From positions 608,001 to 672,000 of the forward strand of contig OZ242186.1 of NCBI GenBank assembly GCA_965205675.1: DNA of 64,000 nt. The letters run 5' to 3'. Positions 48,924-58,929 of this stretch are shown one piece after another (position 1 is the stretch's first letter; each line of letters opens with the position of its first letter). The DNA comes from Nitrosopumilus sp. (GTDB taxonomy: Archaea; Thermoproteota; Nitrososphaeria; Nitrososphaerales; Nitrosopumilaceae). The notes under the pieces are model-generated. The model saw nothing but the letters and a program-made list of their open reading frames with translations, ran no database searches and was not told where the DNA came from. Both the position numbers and the translations under genes were made by a program.

Positions 48924-50744
48924 TTGTCAAAAATTGTAGCTGATACTAGTGTCATTATCAATGGCCAATTAGTTTCTCAAATAGAATCTGGCACTATTAG
49001 AGATTTTGAAATTATTATACCTCAAGCAGTTTTTGATGAATTACAATCTCAGGCATCAAAGAAAAAAGAACAAGGGTTTGTAGGTCTTGAGAAGATTCAA
49101 AAATTAAAATCTCTATCTGGAAGTTATGGTCTGAATATAGTTGCAAGTGGAAGTCATCCTACATCTGATGATGTAAAGCTAGCAAATAGTGGAAGAATTG
49201 ATTCTCTGATAGTTGATATGGCTAAACAAAATAATGCTGTTTTGTATACTTCTGATAATGTACAGTATCTGGTGGCTCAGGCTGCTGGCGTTGAAACCGT
49301 TTTTCTCAAGTCTGAATTCAAAAATGAATCTCTAGAATTTTTAAAATTTTTTGATTCTGACACCATGAGTATACATCTCAAAGAAAACCAATGTCCGTTA
49401 GCGAAGAAAGGTAAACCTGGTGAATTTGTACTGACAAAATTAAATGATGAACTCCTTACCAAAGACTACTTGGAGATAATTTCATCTCAAATTTTAGATC
49501 TTGTAAATATTCATGATTCGAGCACTCTGGAACTATCTAAGACTGGTGCATCTGTAATCCAACATGAAGATTATAGAATAGCTATCACCCATCCTCCTTT
49601 CTCTGAATCTTTTGAAATTACCATAGTACATCCAATTGTAAAATTATCCCTTGATGATTATGATATATCTGAAAAATTAATGAAACGCTTTGCTGATAGT
49701 GCTGAAGGCATTATCATTTCTGGCTCTCCTGGTTCTGGAAAAAGTACTCTTGCATCTGGCCTTGCAAATTTTTATCACAAGAAAGGAAAAATTGTGAAAA
49801 CATTTGAATCTCCACGTGACTTGCAAGTTGATTCTGGAGTAACTCAATACAGTAAACTTGATGGAAGTTTTGATAACTCTGCTGATATTTTGTTACTTGT
49901 AAGGCCTGATTATACTATTTTTGATGAAGTGCGACGACGTGAAGATTTTGTAACTTTTGCTGATCTGAGACTAACTGGTGTTGGAATGGTTGGAGTCGTA
50001 CATGCAAACTCTCCTCTAGATGCTATTCAGCGATTCATTGGCAAAATTGAACTAGGAATTATTCCAAACGTTCTGGATACTGTAGTTTTTGTAAAAGACG
50101 GTGGCATTGAAAAAGTATATGATCTGGAATTAAAGGTAAAAGTTCCTACTGGTATGACTGAATCTGATTTAGCTAGACCTGTTATAGAAATCAAAAATTT
50201 TGAAGATGGTGTTTTAGAACATGAAATTTACACTTTTGGTGAAGAAAATGTTATTGTTCCTATAGAAAAACGACCTGAAAAAATTGGAATTGAAAAACTA
50301 GCCGAAGATAAAATTAAAGAAACCTTTAGACAATATGATCCTCGTGCTGAGGTTGAAATTCTATCTGCTAATAAAGTCAAAGTTATGGTTGATGAACAAT
50401 ACATTGCATCCATCATAGGTAGAGGCGGCTCAAACATTAATGATATTGAAAAGTCACTTAAAATCCATATCGATATTGTTGAAAAGACTCTTGATGATGT
50501 ATCTTTTACCTCAAATGATCTATCTTTTAGTTTCTCAGAATTAAAAACTGCTTTACTTTTTACTGTGAATCGAGAATTTACTTCAATGTATGCCGATATC
50601 TATGCTAATGAAAAATTTGTTGCATCTGTTAGAATTGGTAAAAAAGGACAAATTAAAATTCCAAAACGTTCTGATATTGCAAGATCTTTGATGGATTTTA
50701 CATCTTCTCAAAATGATATCCAACTTTATCTTAAAGATTTTTAA
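48924..50744 (+). CDS. PIN-ATPase-KH protein (PINA-like)
   Basis: DTS PIN domain, GSPGSGKS, RPDYTIFDE and IIGRGG KH motif. Confidence 0.9.
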   Translation: MSKIVADTSVIINGQLVSQIESGTIRDFEIIIPQAVFDELQSQASKKKEQGFVGLEKIQKLKSLSGSYGLNIVASGSHPTSDDVKLANSGRIDSLIVDMAKQNNAVLYTSDNVQYLVAQAAGVETVFLKSEFKNESLEFLKFFDSDTMSIHLKENQCPLAKKGKPGEFVLTKLNDELLTKDYLEIISSQILDLVNIHDSSTLELSKTGASVIQHEDYRIAITHPPFSESFEITIVHPIVKLSLDDYDISEKLMKRFADSAEGIIISGSPGSGKSTLASGLANFYHKKGKIVKTFESPRDLQVDSGVTQYSKLDGSFDNSADILLLVRPDYTIFDEVRRREDFVTFADLRLTGVGMVGVVHANSPLDAIQRFIGKIELGIIPNVLDTVVFVKDGGIEKVYDLELKVKVPTGMTESDLARPVIEIKNFEDGVLEHEIYTFGEENVIVPIEKRPEKIGIEKLAEDKIKETFRQYDPRAEVEILSANKVKVMVDEQYIASIIGRGGSNINDIEKSLKIHIDIVEKTLDDVSFTSNDLSFSFSELKTALLFTVNREFTSMYADIYANEKFVASVRIGKKGQIKIPKRSDIARSLMDFTSSQNDIQLYLKDF

Positions 50745-51195
50745 AATTATCAATAATTTTTGGATTTGCTTTTAGGAATGTAATAAATTTCCTTAACTGT
50801 TTGATTGTTTTTGGATTCAAATGATGTTCAATCCCTTCGGTATCTTGATTAGCAGTATCATATCCTACTCCTAGTATTTCAAAAAATTCTAATAATATTC
50901 CATGTTTTTGTCTTATCCCTTCTGCAATCTTTATTCCTTTATCTGTAAGATTAATTCCATGATACTTTTCATATTCTAAAAACCCATTTTCATCTAATCT
51001 TTGAAGCATTTTTGTAACACTTGGTGCACTTACATTCATGTATCTTGAAATATCCAACGTAGTTGCATATCCTTTTAATTCTACCAACTCTCCGATAATT
51101 TCTAAATAATCTTCCATTCGTGTACTTGAAGGTGTTCTTGTTGATTGATGTGCTGCTTTGATTGAATCTAGCCTTTTGGAATTTTTAGATTTCAT
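50731..51195 (-). CDS. mntR: DtxR/MntR metal-dependent repressor
   Basis: EDYLE, VSAPSVT.M, H..LE.F and EGIEH. Confidence 0.88.
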   Translation of the reverse strand: MKSKNSKRLDSIKAAHQSTRTPSSTRMEDYLEIIGELVELKGYATTLDISRYMNVSAPSVTKMLQRLDENGFLEYEKYHGINLTDKGIKIAEGIRQKHGILLEFFEILGVGYDTANQDTEGIEHHLNPKTIKQLRKFITFLKANPKIIDNFKNL

Positions 51196-51329
51196 GTGGT
51201 CTTTGTATCTGCATAGAATCTAGTATAATTGAGTGTCTTTTGGGTTGATTTTGGTTATTCTTTGTTGACTTGGATGTTATGGGAGTTGATCTCTGTTTCT
51301 TAACTATTTTCTTTTAAATTAAGGTTGGA

Positions 51330-51680
51330 ATGGCTGATCCCCTAAAGGAACGTCTCGACAAATTGAGAAAATTCTCTGATTCTGCTAAACGTAGAGCAAA
51401 TTTGTATACTGAAGTTAGCAGTATTGATGATAAACATACTGCTAGGTCTTTAGGCGCTCTTCAAAAAGCACCTGCTCCTGGAAAAAAACTCCAAAAAATC
51501 GGATTCTTGATGTTATGGGTTCCAGAACCTACTGGTGTGACTTGTGCTATTGGAGGACCTATGATAGTTGCAGGACGTTATCTTGACAAAAAATACAATA
51601 GTTCTACTTTACATGATATTGGCCATCAGACAAAAAATAACATGTCTGCAATTAATGATTTTAAGAATTCTGTATTCTAA
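51330..51680 (+). CDS. Hypothetical protein
   Basis: 116-aa ORF with hydrophobic PEPTG hairpin. Confidence 0.7.
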   Translation: MADPLKERLDKLRKFSDSAKRRANLYTEVSSIDDKHTARSLGALQKAPAPGKKLQKIGFLMLWVPEPTGVTCAIGGPMIVAGRYLDKKYNSSTLHDIGHQTKNNMSAINDFKNSVF

Positions 51681-51720
51681 TCCCCCTTTAGTTTTTAAAA
51701 GGATTAAATCCAATTGATTT

Positions 51721-52212
51721 ATGACTACTCGTGCTCAAGCATTGATTCCAATTACTATTGCTGCAGTAATTATTGGTGTTATTGGCATGCTCACTCTTCC
51801 TAGTGATAGTAAATTAGAATCAGTTGAATTTCCTCGTGGCACTATTTTAGTCGATGATGTTGCCATTGAAGTACAAATTGCTGATTCTGAACCAAGACGT
51901 GTTCGAGGATTAATGTTCCAAGATCAACTTCCATATGATCAAGGTATGATCTTTTTATTTACAGAACCTGGATTGTATTCTTTGTGGATGCTTAACATGC
52001 AGTTTCCTTTAGATATGATGTGGTTTGATCAAGATGGAAATATTGTGCATATTGAGGAAAATGTTCCGCCGTGTAAGACTGCCCTAGAAATTACAACTTG
52101 CCAAAGTGTTGTACCTGATAGTAAAGCATCATATGTTCTTGAAGTAACTGCTGGATTTATTGAACAAAACAACATCACATATGATTCAAAATTAACTATT
52201 ATCTCAATTTGA
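51721..52212 (+). CDS. DUF192 family protein
   Basis: RGLMF, GMIF.F, WM.NM..PLD and YVLEV.AG. Confidence 0.9.
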   Translation: MTTRAQALIPITIAAVIIGVIGMLTLPSDSKLESVEFPRGTILVDDVAIEVQIADSEPRRVRGLMFQDQLPYDQGMIFLFTEPGLYSLWMLNMQFPLDMMWFDQDGNIVHIEENVPPCKTALEITTCQSVVPDSKASYVLEVTAGFIEQNNITYDSKLTIISI

Positions 52213-52253
52213 TCATTGTAAAGCCTTATCTTTGAATACAAATTTTATGACTT

Positions 52254-52889
52254 ATGAATAAATTTTTTATTATTCCTGTTGTTGTCATCATTGGGATAAT
52301 AATTTCTGTATCTCTTGTATTTGAAACTGATACTTCTTTTGAATCTCAATCTTCGTCAATTTATGAAACTGGTTTTACTTATTATGACATTGAGATAATT
52401 CAATCTATTTTGGCAGAAGAAAATATTGTTGTATCTACACCAACTGCAATAACTGATCATACTATTAACCAATATTGCACCTTCTTTGAAAAGGGACTTC
52501 CACGATCTGTAGAATATTGTACCACTACTGCTGTGTTTGATTCTGAAGGAAATTCTTTTGGAAATATCAACATTGGGGGTGATACCCAGTCTCCTGTCTT
52601 GGCTATAGCTAATTTGGAAACTTTTGATTTGGATTCAAATCAAGATGAAGTCTTTCTAATATTTGAGACTGTGATTGAAACTCTTGTTTGTGATTGTTGG
52701 GATGAACAAGACACTGCAGAGTATGAATCTATTTCTTCATGGTTAGAGGCGGTTCAAACATTTTCTTCTGATTCTGAGGGCCGTAATATTAAATCAAAAA
52801 TTGATAATCTGGACAATCATGAAATCTCTTTAGAAATTACAACCAAAGATGATGATTCTATTTTGCAGACACTAATCATTCTAAAATAA
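52254..52889 (+). CDS. Membrane-anchored acidic hypothetical protein
   Basis: N-terminal TM helix; Cys pairs. Confidence 0.75.
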   Translation: MNKFFIIPVVVIIGIIISVSLVFETDTSFESQSSSIYETGFTYYDIEIIQSILAEENIVVSTPTAITDHTINQYCTFFEKGLPRSVEYCTTTAVFDSEGNSFGNINIGGDTQSPVLAIANLETFDLDSNQDEVFLIFETVIETLVCDCWDEQDTAEYESISSWLEAVQTFSSDSEGRNIKSKIDNLDNHEISLEITTKDDDSILQTLIILK

Positions 52890-52898
52890 TTTAATTAT

Positions 52899-53696
52899 AT
52901 GATAGAAAATTCTTTGATTGATATTACGATGATTGATCAATTATGGTTTATTTTATTGGGGCTTGTAGCTGGGGTTTTGGGTTCTATGATTGGCCTTGGC
53001 GGTGGAATTATTATTGTCCCCGTGTTGACATTTTTGGGATTTCCTCCAACACTAGCTGCAAGTAATAGCTTATTTGCTGCATTAAGCAATGCTACTGCAT
53101 CTACTATTTCATATTCAAGACAAAAACGAATAGATTATTCTCTGGGAATTAAACTCGGATTACTTTCAATCCCTGGAACTATCTTAGGTGCCGTTATCTC
53201 TACTGACACTGCTCCTGATATTTTTAAAATTTTATTTGGATTTGTATTGATTGCCTCTGCTATGTACATATTTTTAAGAAAAAAAATTGAAACTAGAAAA
53301 AAAACAATTTCAAAACAAATAATTGTATTTGCAATTGGTGCGAGTTTCTTTGCTGGAATAATTTCTTCATTTTTTGGTATTGGCGGCGGTGTTGTTTTTG
53401 TACCTTTGATGGTAGTGGGCATGGGTTTGACAATGAAAAAAGCAGCTCCTACTTCTCAAATGATTTTATTATTTGCATCTTTATCTGGTGTAATTGTACA
53501 TAGTGTATTAGGACATCCTGATTTTCTTCAAGCCGGTTTGTTGGCAATTGGTTCTTTTGTTGGTGGTTTAACTGGTGCTCGATTATCTATTGACATCAAA
53601 GAAAGATATCTGCAAATTCTTGTCTCCGTTGTTATTCTAATTGCAGCTGCAAAATTATTCTTTGACTCTATGTCTGGAAATTATTTTGGATTTTAG
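52899..53696 (+). CDS. TauE/SafE sulfite exporter family
   Basis: Duplicated G.GGG...VP motif, multiple TM helices; start may be 52929. Confidence 0.9.
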   Translation: MIENSLIDITMIDQLWFILLGLVAGVLGSMIGLGGGIIIVPVLTFLGFPPTLAASNSLFAALSNATASTISYSRQKRIDYSLGIKLGLLSIPGTILGAVISTDTAPDIFKILFGFVLIASAMYIFLRKKIETRKKTISKQIIVFAIGASFFAGIISSFFGIGGGVVFVPLMVVGMGLTMKKAAPTSQMILLFASLSGVIVHSVLGHPDFLQAGLLAIGSFVGGLTGARLSIDIKERYLQILVSVVILIAAAKLFFDSMSGNYFGF

Positions 53697-53748
53697 CCTT
53701 GATAATTTTTTTGCGTTTTTATACTAATTTTGTAATGTATATTGTTCA

Positions 53749-53817
53749 TTAGGTCTTATATGGCCTAAGGGCGGGAGAGACTAGTCGGCTCTCCTGTATT
53801 CTCATCCCCTCGCTCGT
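53749..53817 (+). ncRNA. Candidate small structured RNA or cis-regulatory element
   Basis: GC-rich patch with two hairpins whose G-U pairs favour the + strand. Confidence 0.35.
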
Positions 53818-53924
53818 TGATTTTTATTTGTAAAACTTGATTGATGATCTGGAGATTATGAAAACAATCAAACAAATTCAACTAAACCTGTGATTATCTT
53901 GTAACACTAACTAGTCTCAGACAC

Positions 53925-54452
53925 ATGAAAACTAGTGAACTTAGATGGGTAGACTTGTTCATAATTGCAGCTATACTTCAGGGCGCATTAATTACAGTAA
54001 TGGCTATAGTCATTGTTGCCATCCAGGCCACAAACAGTGAAATTAACATAATTCAATATCTCTCATTATCTTTTGAAGGAACTGCAAAGTGGTTCTTTTT
54101 AGGAATAATATTCCATCTTATCATAATTGTCGCAGTGGCTGTTACAGCATTGTTTTACAGTCATCTTGAAATCACATTAAAGAAAAAATTCTCAAGGAAA
54201 TCAAACGTGTTAGCTGCAATTCATCTTGTTGGAATGAATGTTGGCGGTGCAGGTTCTATGATGATTATGACTTATGCTGGTTTGGCAGGTACTGGACTAC
54301 TTTCTATTTTCACTGAAGGAAAACTAGGGCCAAAATATCCTGCTATTCTGGATTCATTCATAGAACCCATTGGTGGATTCATTGCGCTTTTAGCATTAGG
54401 TGTAATGTGTGGCGGCATGGGCTTTCTCTTGGCATATCGAAATGATTCTTAA
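53925..54452 (+). CDS. Four-TM membrane protein
   Basis: Hydrophobic; HLVGMN..AG segment loosely recalls heme-copper oxidase subunit I C-terminal helices. Confidence 0.75.
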   Translation: MKTSELRWVDLFIIAAILQGALITVMAIVIVAIQATNSEINIIQYLSLSFEGTAKWFFLGIIFHLIIIVAVAVTALFYSHLEITLKKKFSRKSNVLAAIHLVGMNVGGAGSMMIMTYAGLAGTGLLSIFTEGKLGPKYPAILDSFIEPIGGFIALLALGVMCGGMGFLLAYRNDS

Positions 54453-54640
54453 CTTGCAGTTAATTTACAAGTCTAAATGTTAAAACTTGTTTCAATAGCA
54501 CTTGTAAATATATTGCTAATTAACTCAAGGATTCTATCTCCAAACATTTGATCTATTCTAGTTATATTGTCTGCAAAAACATCTTTTTTCATTATGTCAA
54601 AAATCCTAAATAATGTATCATTTACTATGAATTTTTAATT

Positions 54641-55093
54641 TTATTTTAGAAGATCTTTTTTAATTCTGTAAATGTTTCTTTTTGATAGTACTATGAGTTT
54701 ATTTTCTTGTGATGTTCCTTCGTAATCTATGAAGATTTTCCCAAATTCTTCATCAATATCATCTGTTTGTGAAACTGTAAATTTTAATTTCAACACTTGA
54801 TCTGTATACAAAGGTTCAAGAAATCTTGTGTTTCTATTTTCCCATTCCTCATCTCCATCTGTCCCCAGAAAAATTATGTCATTTCCATAAATTTGATTTA
54901 ATCTTGTAAATTCCCCTTCCATTCTTGATAGAATTGCCCTTCCTGAAACTAGCTGTTGTCCTTTTTTCTTTTTGTCTTCCAAGAATGCGTTTCTAACTCT
55001 GGAAAATTTTAGATATTCTTCTAATTCTTTATCTGAAATACTACACGTGGAATGAAATGTGTCGCCTACTCTAAACTCTGAGAATTTTTTCAT
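54641..55093 (-). CDS. Hotdog-fold (MaoC-like) protein
   Basis: FSEFRVGD and RFLEPLY.DQ.L patterns; 2 bp downstream of the SDR gene. Confidence 0.72.
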   Translation of the reverse strand: MKKFSEFRVGDTFHSTCSISDKELEEYLKFSRVRNAFLEDKKKKGQQLVSGRAILSRMEGEFTRLNQIYGNDIIFLGTDGDEEWENRNTRFLEPLYTDQVLKLKFTVSQTDDIDEEFGKIFIDYEGTSQENKLIVLSKRNIYRIKKDLLK

Positions 55094-55095
55094 CC

Positions 55096-56868
55096 TTATC
55101 TTGATTCATCTACACAGAAAATTACTTCTGATGATAAAGCCGAACTATCTGAAACTAGGAAATTAAATGCCTCTGCAATTTTTTGATTGTTTGGTTCTGA
55201 ACCTGTTACAGAACCTGGGAAAATAGTAAACATTCTGATTTGTGATTTTAACACATCACTTAATTCCTGATTAACAGTTGTTGTAAATGGTCTTAGTGCT
55301 CCTCTAAATACTTCTACCTGTGCTCTTTGTGTTCCAGTTACTTTTCTTCCAATTGGGAGGTCTGGCCCGATAATCATGATTGCACCTTTTGCATCTTTGT
55401 AAAGTCGAGGATCTTTGCTTCCTCCTGGAACAAACTGCTCTAGAGTTCTTTGTGCAACATTTGCTGGCGTTGTTATAAATTTCTCAGTCAATGCTTCCCA
55501 TTCTGTACGTGATAATTCTGTTAATTTTAGATTCTCAGCTAGTTTACCTGTGATGTGAATAACTCCTAGTATTTCCCCAATGTTTGTTTTTGCTGTATTT
55601 AGCCATCTTTGAATCTCTTCTGGATTTTTGATATCTACTACATGTGAGTGGAATTTACTGCTAATGTATTCTTGAAGTTCTATTGAAGTTGTTTGTGAAA
55701 TGAAACATGCAACCTTGCCTCCATTCTTTTCAACATGTTGTGCTAGAAACTTTACTCTTTCTGCATCTGTTTTATCAGTTGCATCAATTGTGAAGACTAT
55801 GGCTTTTCCTGTAAAGTCTGGTTGATGTACACCTGGAGTTGTAGTTCCTACATGTGGTTTAACTGGATAAAATACTCTGTCTCCTGGAATTACTTTGCCG
55901 TTTAGTATTTTTGCAATCTCATCATCGCATAAATTCAAAACTGATTCTGATACTTGTCCTTGAGACAAAAATTCTTGGTTTGCAATCATACGTGATGTGT
56001 TATTTTGTACTTTTTCTGCTATGGTTTGAATTTTATTTAATAGATTTGTAAATGTCTCAGTTAATTTTGCAACATCTTTTCCATCTGCAAGTTTTTCAGC
56101 TGCCTTTAAAATTCCTTCTTTGATAATATTTTCATCTTCTCCTAACAATGGAAGTAATTCTTTGTTTGCTACATCAACTTCAGTTGGTATCAAATCTTCA
56201 AATCCACTAACTCTCATAAATTCTGCAGCAGCTTTAGGATACACTGTCTTGTAAATTCTATCTGAGTGTACTGGACCTGGGTTTGTGGCAATTGAAATAA
56301 TTCCTTTGTCTGTTAATTCCCATGACATTAATTCTGCAAGTCTGTTCTTTGCTCCTTGAGATGCAGTATATGGACTTCTAAATCTATACGGTCTTTGTTC
56401 TAATGGGCGTTCTTCTGTAAAGAATGTTGAAATTGTAATAATTTTGCCTCCCGGTTTCATTATTTTTAGTGCTTGGACAGAGCCCCAAAATGTTCCAGTT
56501 AAATGAATTCCAACTGTATTTTTAAAATCATCCATTGATGCATTTGCAAAACATGTTACTGGACCTGAAACTCCTGCATTGTTAATGATGTAATCTACTG
56601 TGATGCTGTCTTTGCTAAGTGAATCAAACATGCCATTCATTGCTGCTTCATCTGCAACATCTACTCCGGAAAATATTCTAACTGATGCTCCGCTATTTTT
56701 TTCAGAAATGATTTCCTTTAGTATTTTTGCTGTTTCATCTAATGGCTCCCTTCTTCTTCCGAGAATTATCACACTTGCACCGTTTTCAACAAATCTTTTA
56801 GCTATAGCTTGACCTATGCCTGTACCACTGCCTGTAATTAATGCAAATTTATCTTGAAATTTTAGCAT
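55096..56868 (-). CDS. Tandem-domain SDR oxidoreductase, malonyl-CoA reductase-like
   Basis: TGSGTGIG, NNAG and PGPV.SDR; second degenerate Rossmann domain. Confidence 0.85.
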   Translation of the reverse strand: MLKFQDKFALITGSGTGIGQAIAKRFVENGASVIILGRRREPLDETAKILKEIISEKNSGASVRIFSGVDVADEAAMNGMFDSLSKDSITVDYIINNAGVSGPVTCFANASMDDFKNTVGIHLTGTFWGSVQALKIMKPGGKIITISTFFTEERPLEQRPYRFRSPYTASQGAKNRLAELMSWELTDKGIISIATNPGPVHSDRIYKTVYPKAAAEFMRVSGFEDLIPTEVDVANKELLPLLGEDENIIKEGILKAAEKLADGKDVAKLTETFTNLLNKIQTIAEKVQNNTSRMIANQEFLSQGQVSESVLNLCDDEIAKILNGKVIPGDRVFYPVKPHVGTTTPGVHQPDFTGKAIVFTIDATDKTDAERVKFLAQHVEKNGGKVACFISQTTSIELQEYISSKFHSHVVDIKNPEEIQRWLNTAKTNIGEILGVIHITGKLAENLKLTELSRTEWEALTEKFITTPANVAQRTLEQFVPGGSKDPRLYKDAKGAIMIIGPDLPIGRKVTGTQRAQVEVFRGALRPFTTTVNQELSDVLKSQIRMFTIFPGSVTGSEPNNQKIAEAFNFLVSDSSALSSEVIFCVDESR

Positions 56869-56962
56869 AGATGACTTTACAAAAGTTTTGTGATATTTAT
56901 TTTGATCTCTGTTTTTGTCTTTTCTTGATATCTTTATTTGTGGGTATGATTCACGATTTTTG

Positions 56963-57199
56963 ATGCATGATACAGAATCTGATACATTTCTTTATCAATC
57001 ATGGCCTGAGAAATTCTCTGAAATGTTAAAAGAGATTGGTGTAGATTCTGAATCTAAAGAAATTGGAACTGATGAAATTGAAAAAGATGATTACTATAGT
57101 AGATATTTTACTCAAACGCCTAGAATGGTAACTAATAGAGGATGTATTGATATCAAAAATTCGAACATTGATGCAGTACAAATAATTCAAAAGGGATAA
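56963..57199 (+). CDS. Hypothetical protein
   Basis: Acidic ORF coupled (TAATG) to next gene; start probably ATG 56963. Confidence 0.7.
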   Translation: MHDTESDTFLYQSWPEKFSEMLKEIGVDSESKEIGTDEIEKDDYYSRYFTQTPRMVTNRGCIDIKNSNIDAVQIIQKG

Positions 57200-57579
57200 T
57201 GATGCAAGATCCAAATCCACTCCCATGGGGTGCTTTAGATAGATTTCAAGCTCAATTCATAGTTAGGAAATCTGCTGGTTCTGCATTTAGTAATTATGTT
57301 GCAAAAACCCGACTTACTACTAAAGGCCATTTTGCATCAAAAACTATAGTCAAGGTAGAATGGGATGGTTCTGGCAGTTTAGCCTCAAAACTAAATGATG
57401 ATGTTAAACTCAATGAAATGATAGCAAGGCAATCTGTTAAAGATGCCACTATCTACGTTGAACCCACTGAAGTGGCAGTCCGAATTCGAAGTAAATGGGA
57501 TAATCATATATCTTTTGGAATTACCAAAGAACTTTTTGAGATTTATGACAGAATAGCTGGTCACATAAAATCTGTCTAG
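57199..57579 (+). CDS. Hypothetical protein
   Basis: 126-aa ORF. Confidence 0.75.
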   Translation: MMQDPNPLPWGALDRFQAQFIVRKSAGSAFSNYVAKTRLTTKGHFASKTIVKVEWDGSGSLASKLNDDVKLNEMIARQSVKDATIYVEPTEVAVRIRSKWDNHISFGITKELFEIYDRIAGHIKSV

Positions 57580-58112
57580 GCTTTCCACCAATCCAATGCT
57601 AAAAAATCTACTTTGTCCTTGCCTTTTGGTATTGCTAAAATGAATTGTTTTCTAACTGTAGTTGCCAATCTTCCTGCAAGAACAATCTCAGTTGATGTTA
57701 TTGATTCACTTCTAGTGTACACTTGAATTAAAAATGGAGCATGATCAATACCTGGTCCTTTCTCATAAACTGCAAAATCACATCCAAATTTAATTCCTGG
57801 ATTTATTATGTATCCTTTGTCTCTGAAATTTTTGTATACTAGATATTTTTTATCAAATTCTAAAACTTCTTTTTTACAAATTACAATTAATTGCTCTGCT
57901 GTAATTTTTTGTTTTGATTTTGTAATTGTAATTTTTTTATTTTCTAACAAGTACAAGCCTTCAATAAGATCTAAAATTAATGGTGCATCTATTTCTTCGA
58001 TTTTTGGTTTTGGAATTCCTATTGGCTTTCCATAATAGCCTTGACTGAAAAGTTTCTTTGAATCTTCAATATCCCATACTATAATTCTATTTTCAATTAA
58101 TTCACTTTTCAT
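57576..58112 (-). CDS. endA: tRNA splicing endonuclease catalytic subunit
   Basis: G.KFG.DF.VY, GPGIDH and RLA..VRK. Confidence 0.93.
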   Translation of the reverse strand: MKSELIENRIIVWDIEDSKKLFSQGYYGKPIGIPKPKIEEIDAPLILDLIEGLYLLENKKITITKSKQKITAEQLIVICKKEVLEFDKKYLVYKNFRDKGYIINPGIKFGCDFAVYEKGPGIDHAPFLIQVYTRSESITSTEIVLAGRLATTVRKQFILAIPKGKDKVDFLALDWWKA

Positions 58113-58208
58113 GTATTTGTAACCTTTGATTGGTATATGAATTCTCTAGTAAAATCTAATAATATTCCAAACTCAAAATAAAGTAAAAATGATGAGATTG
58201 TTAGTTGA

Positions 58209-58862
58209 CTAGAGACTTAATGCTAATAGTATGAATGAATCTGATACTCTTTGACATTTATCTGCCATTTCTTCAATTCCTTCAATTACATCTTTGATCA
58301 ACATCAATTCTTTTGTATCTGTAACTGCCGATAATAGTTTTAATGTTGCCTGTCTGTATTTTATGTCTATTTCTCTTTCAATTGTTTGCGTTTCCTGAGC
58401 TAACTCAATAGCATTTGCAGTGTTTGTGTTGAGACTACGGATGATCTCATTTAGCTTGTAAACTTCATCTACAACTAATTCAATCAATTTTGTAATATCT
58501 TTATCTAATTTTGCATTTTTCAATGTTGTAATTTTTACATTTGATAGCTTGAATGAAATTCCTGTAATGTAACCTGCAATTTCATCCATTGTATATGCTG
58601 TATTCAAAAGATTTTCTCTATTCATGATTAATCCTCCAACATCTGCAACTTCACGTGTAATTTTTCTTCTTAGATTTTCTACTTCTTCTTCAATAGTTGA
58701 AATTTGTTCTAATGTATTTTTTATTCCTGATTTGTCCTTTTTCATCATTAGTTCAGGAAGTGTTGCAAGTTCTCTGGATGCATGTAGGATTCTGTTGATT
58801 TCGTCTTGTAAAACTGCTATTGCTTTTCGTTTTGCTTGAACTTCAAGCTCTCCACTATACAT
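58209..58862 (-). CDS. DUF47/PhoU-like phosphate transport regulator
   Basis: Duplicated helical bundle with E.E.D and E..ADK motifs. Confidence 0.85.
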   Translation of the reverse strand: MYSGELEVQAKRKAIAVLQDEINRILHASRELATLPELMMKKDKSGIKNTLEQISTIEEEVENLRRKITREVADVGGLIMNRENLLNTAYTMDEIAGYITGISFKLSNVKITTLKNAKLDKDITKLIELVVDEVYKLNEIIRSLNTNTANAIELAQETQTIEREIDIKYRQATLKLLSAVTDTKELMLIKDVIEGIEEMADKCQRVSDSFILLALSL

Positions 58863-58929
58863 AACATAAATGAAAAAACCGCTAGGTAATTTAAATCCTC
58901 GATGATTTTTGGTGTTCCTTGAGCACGAA

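Noticed and set aside
53760-53817. tRNA or TPP/fluoride riboswitch
   Set aside because: No T-loop or cloverleaf, and no consensus aptamer motifs
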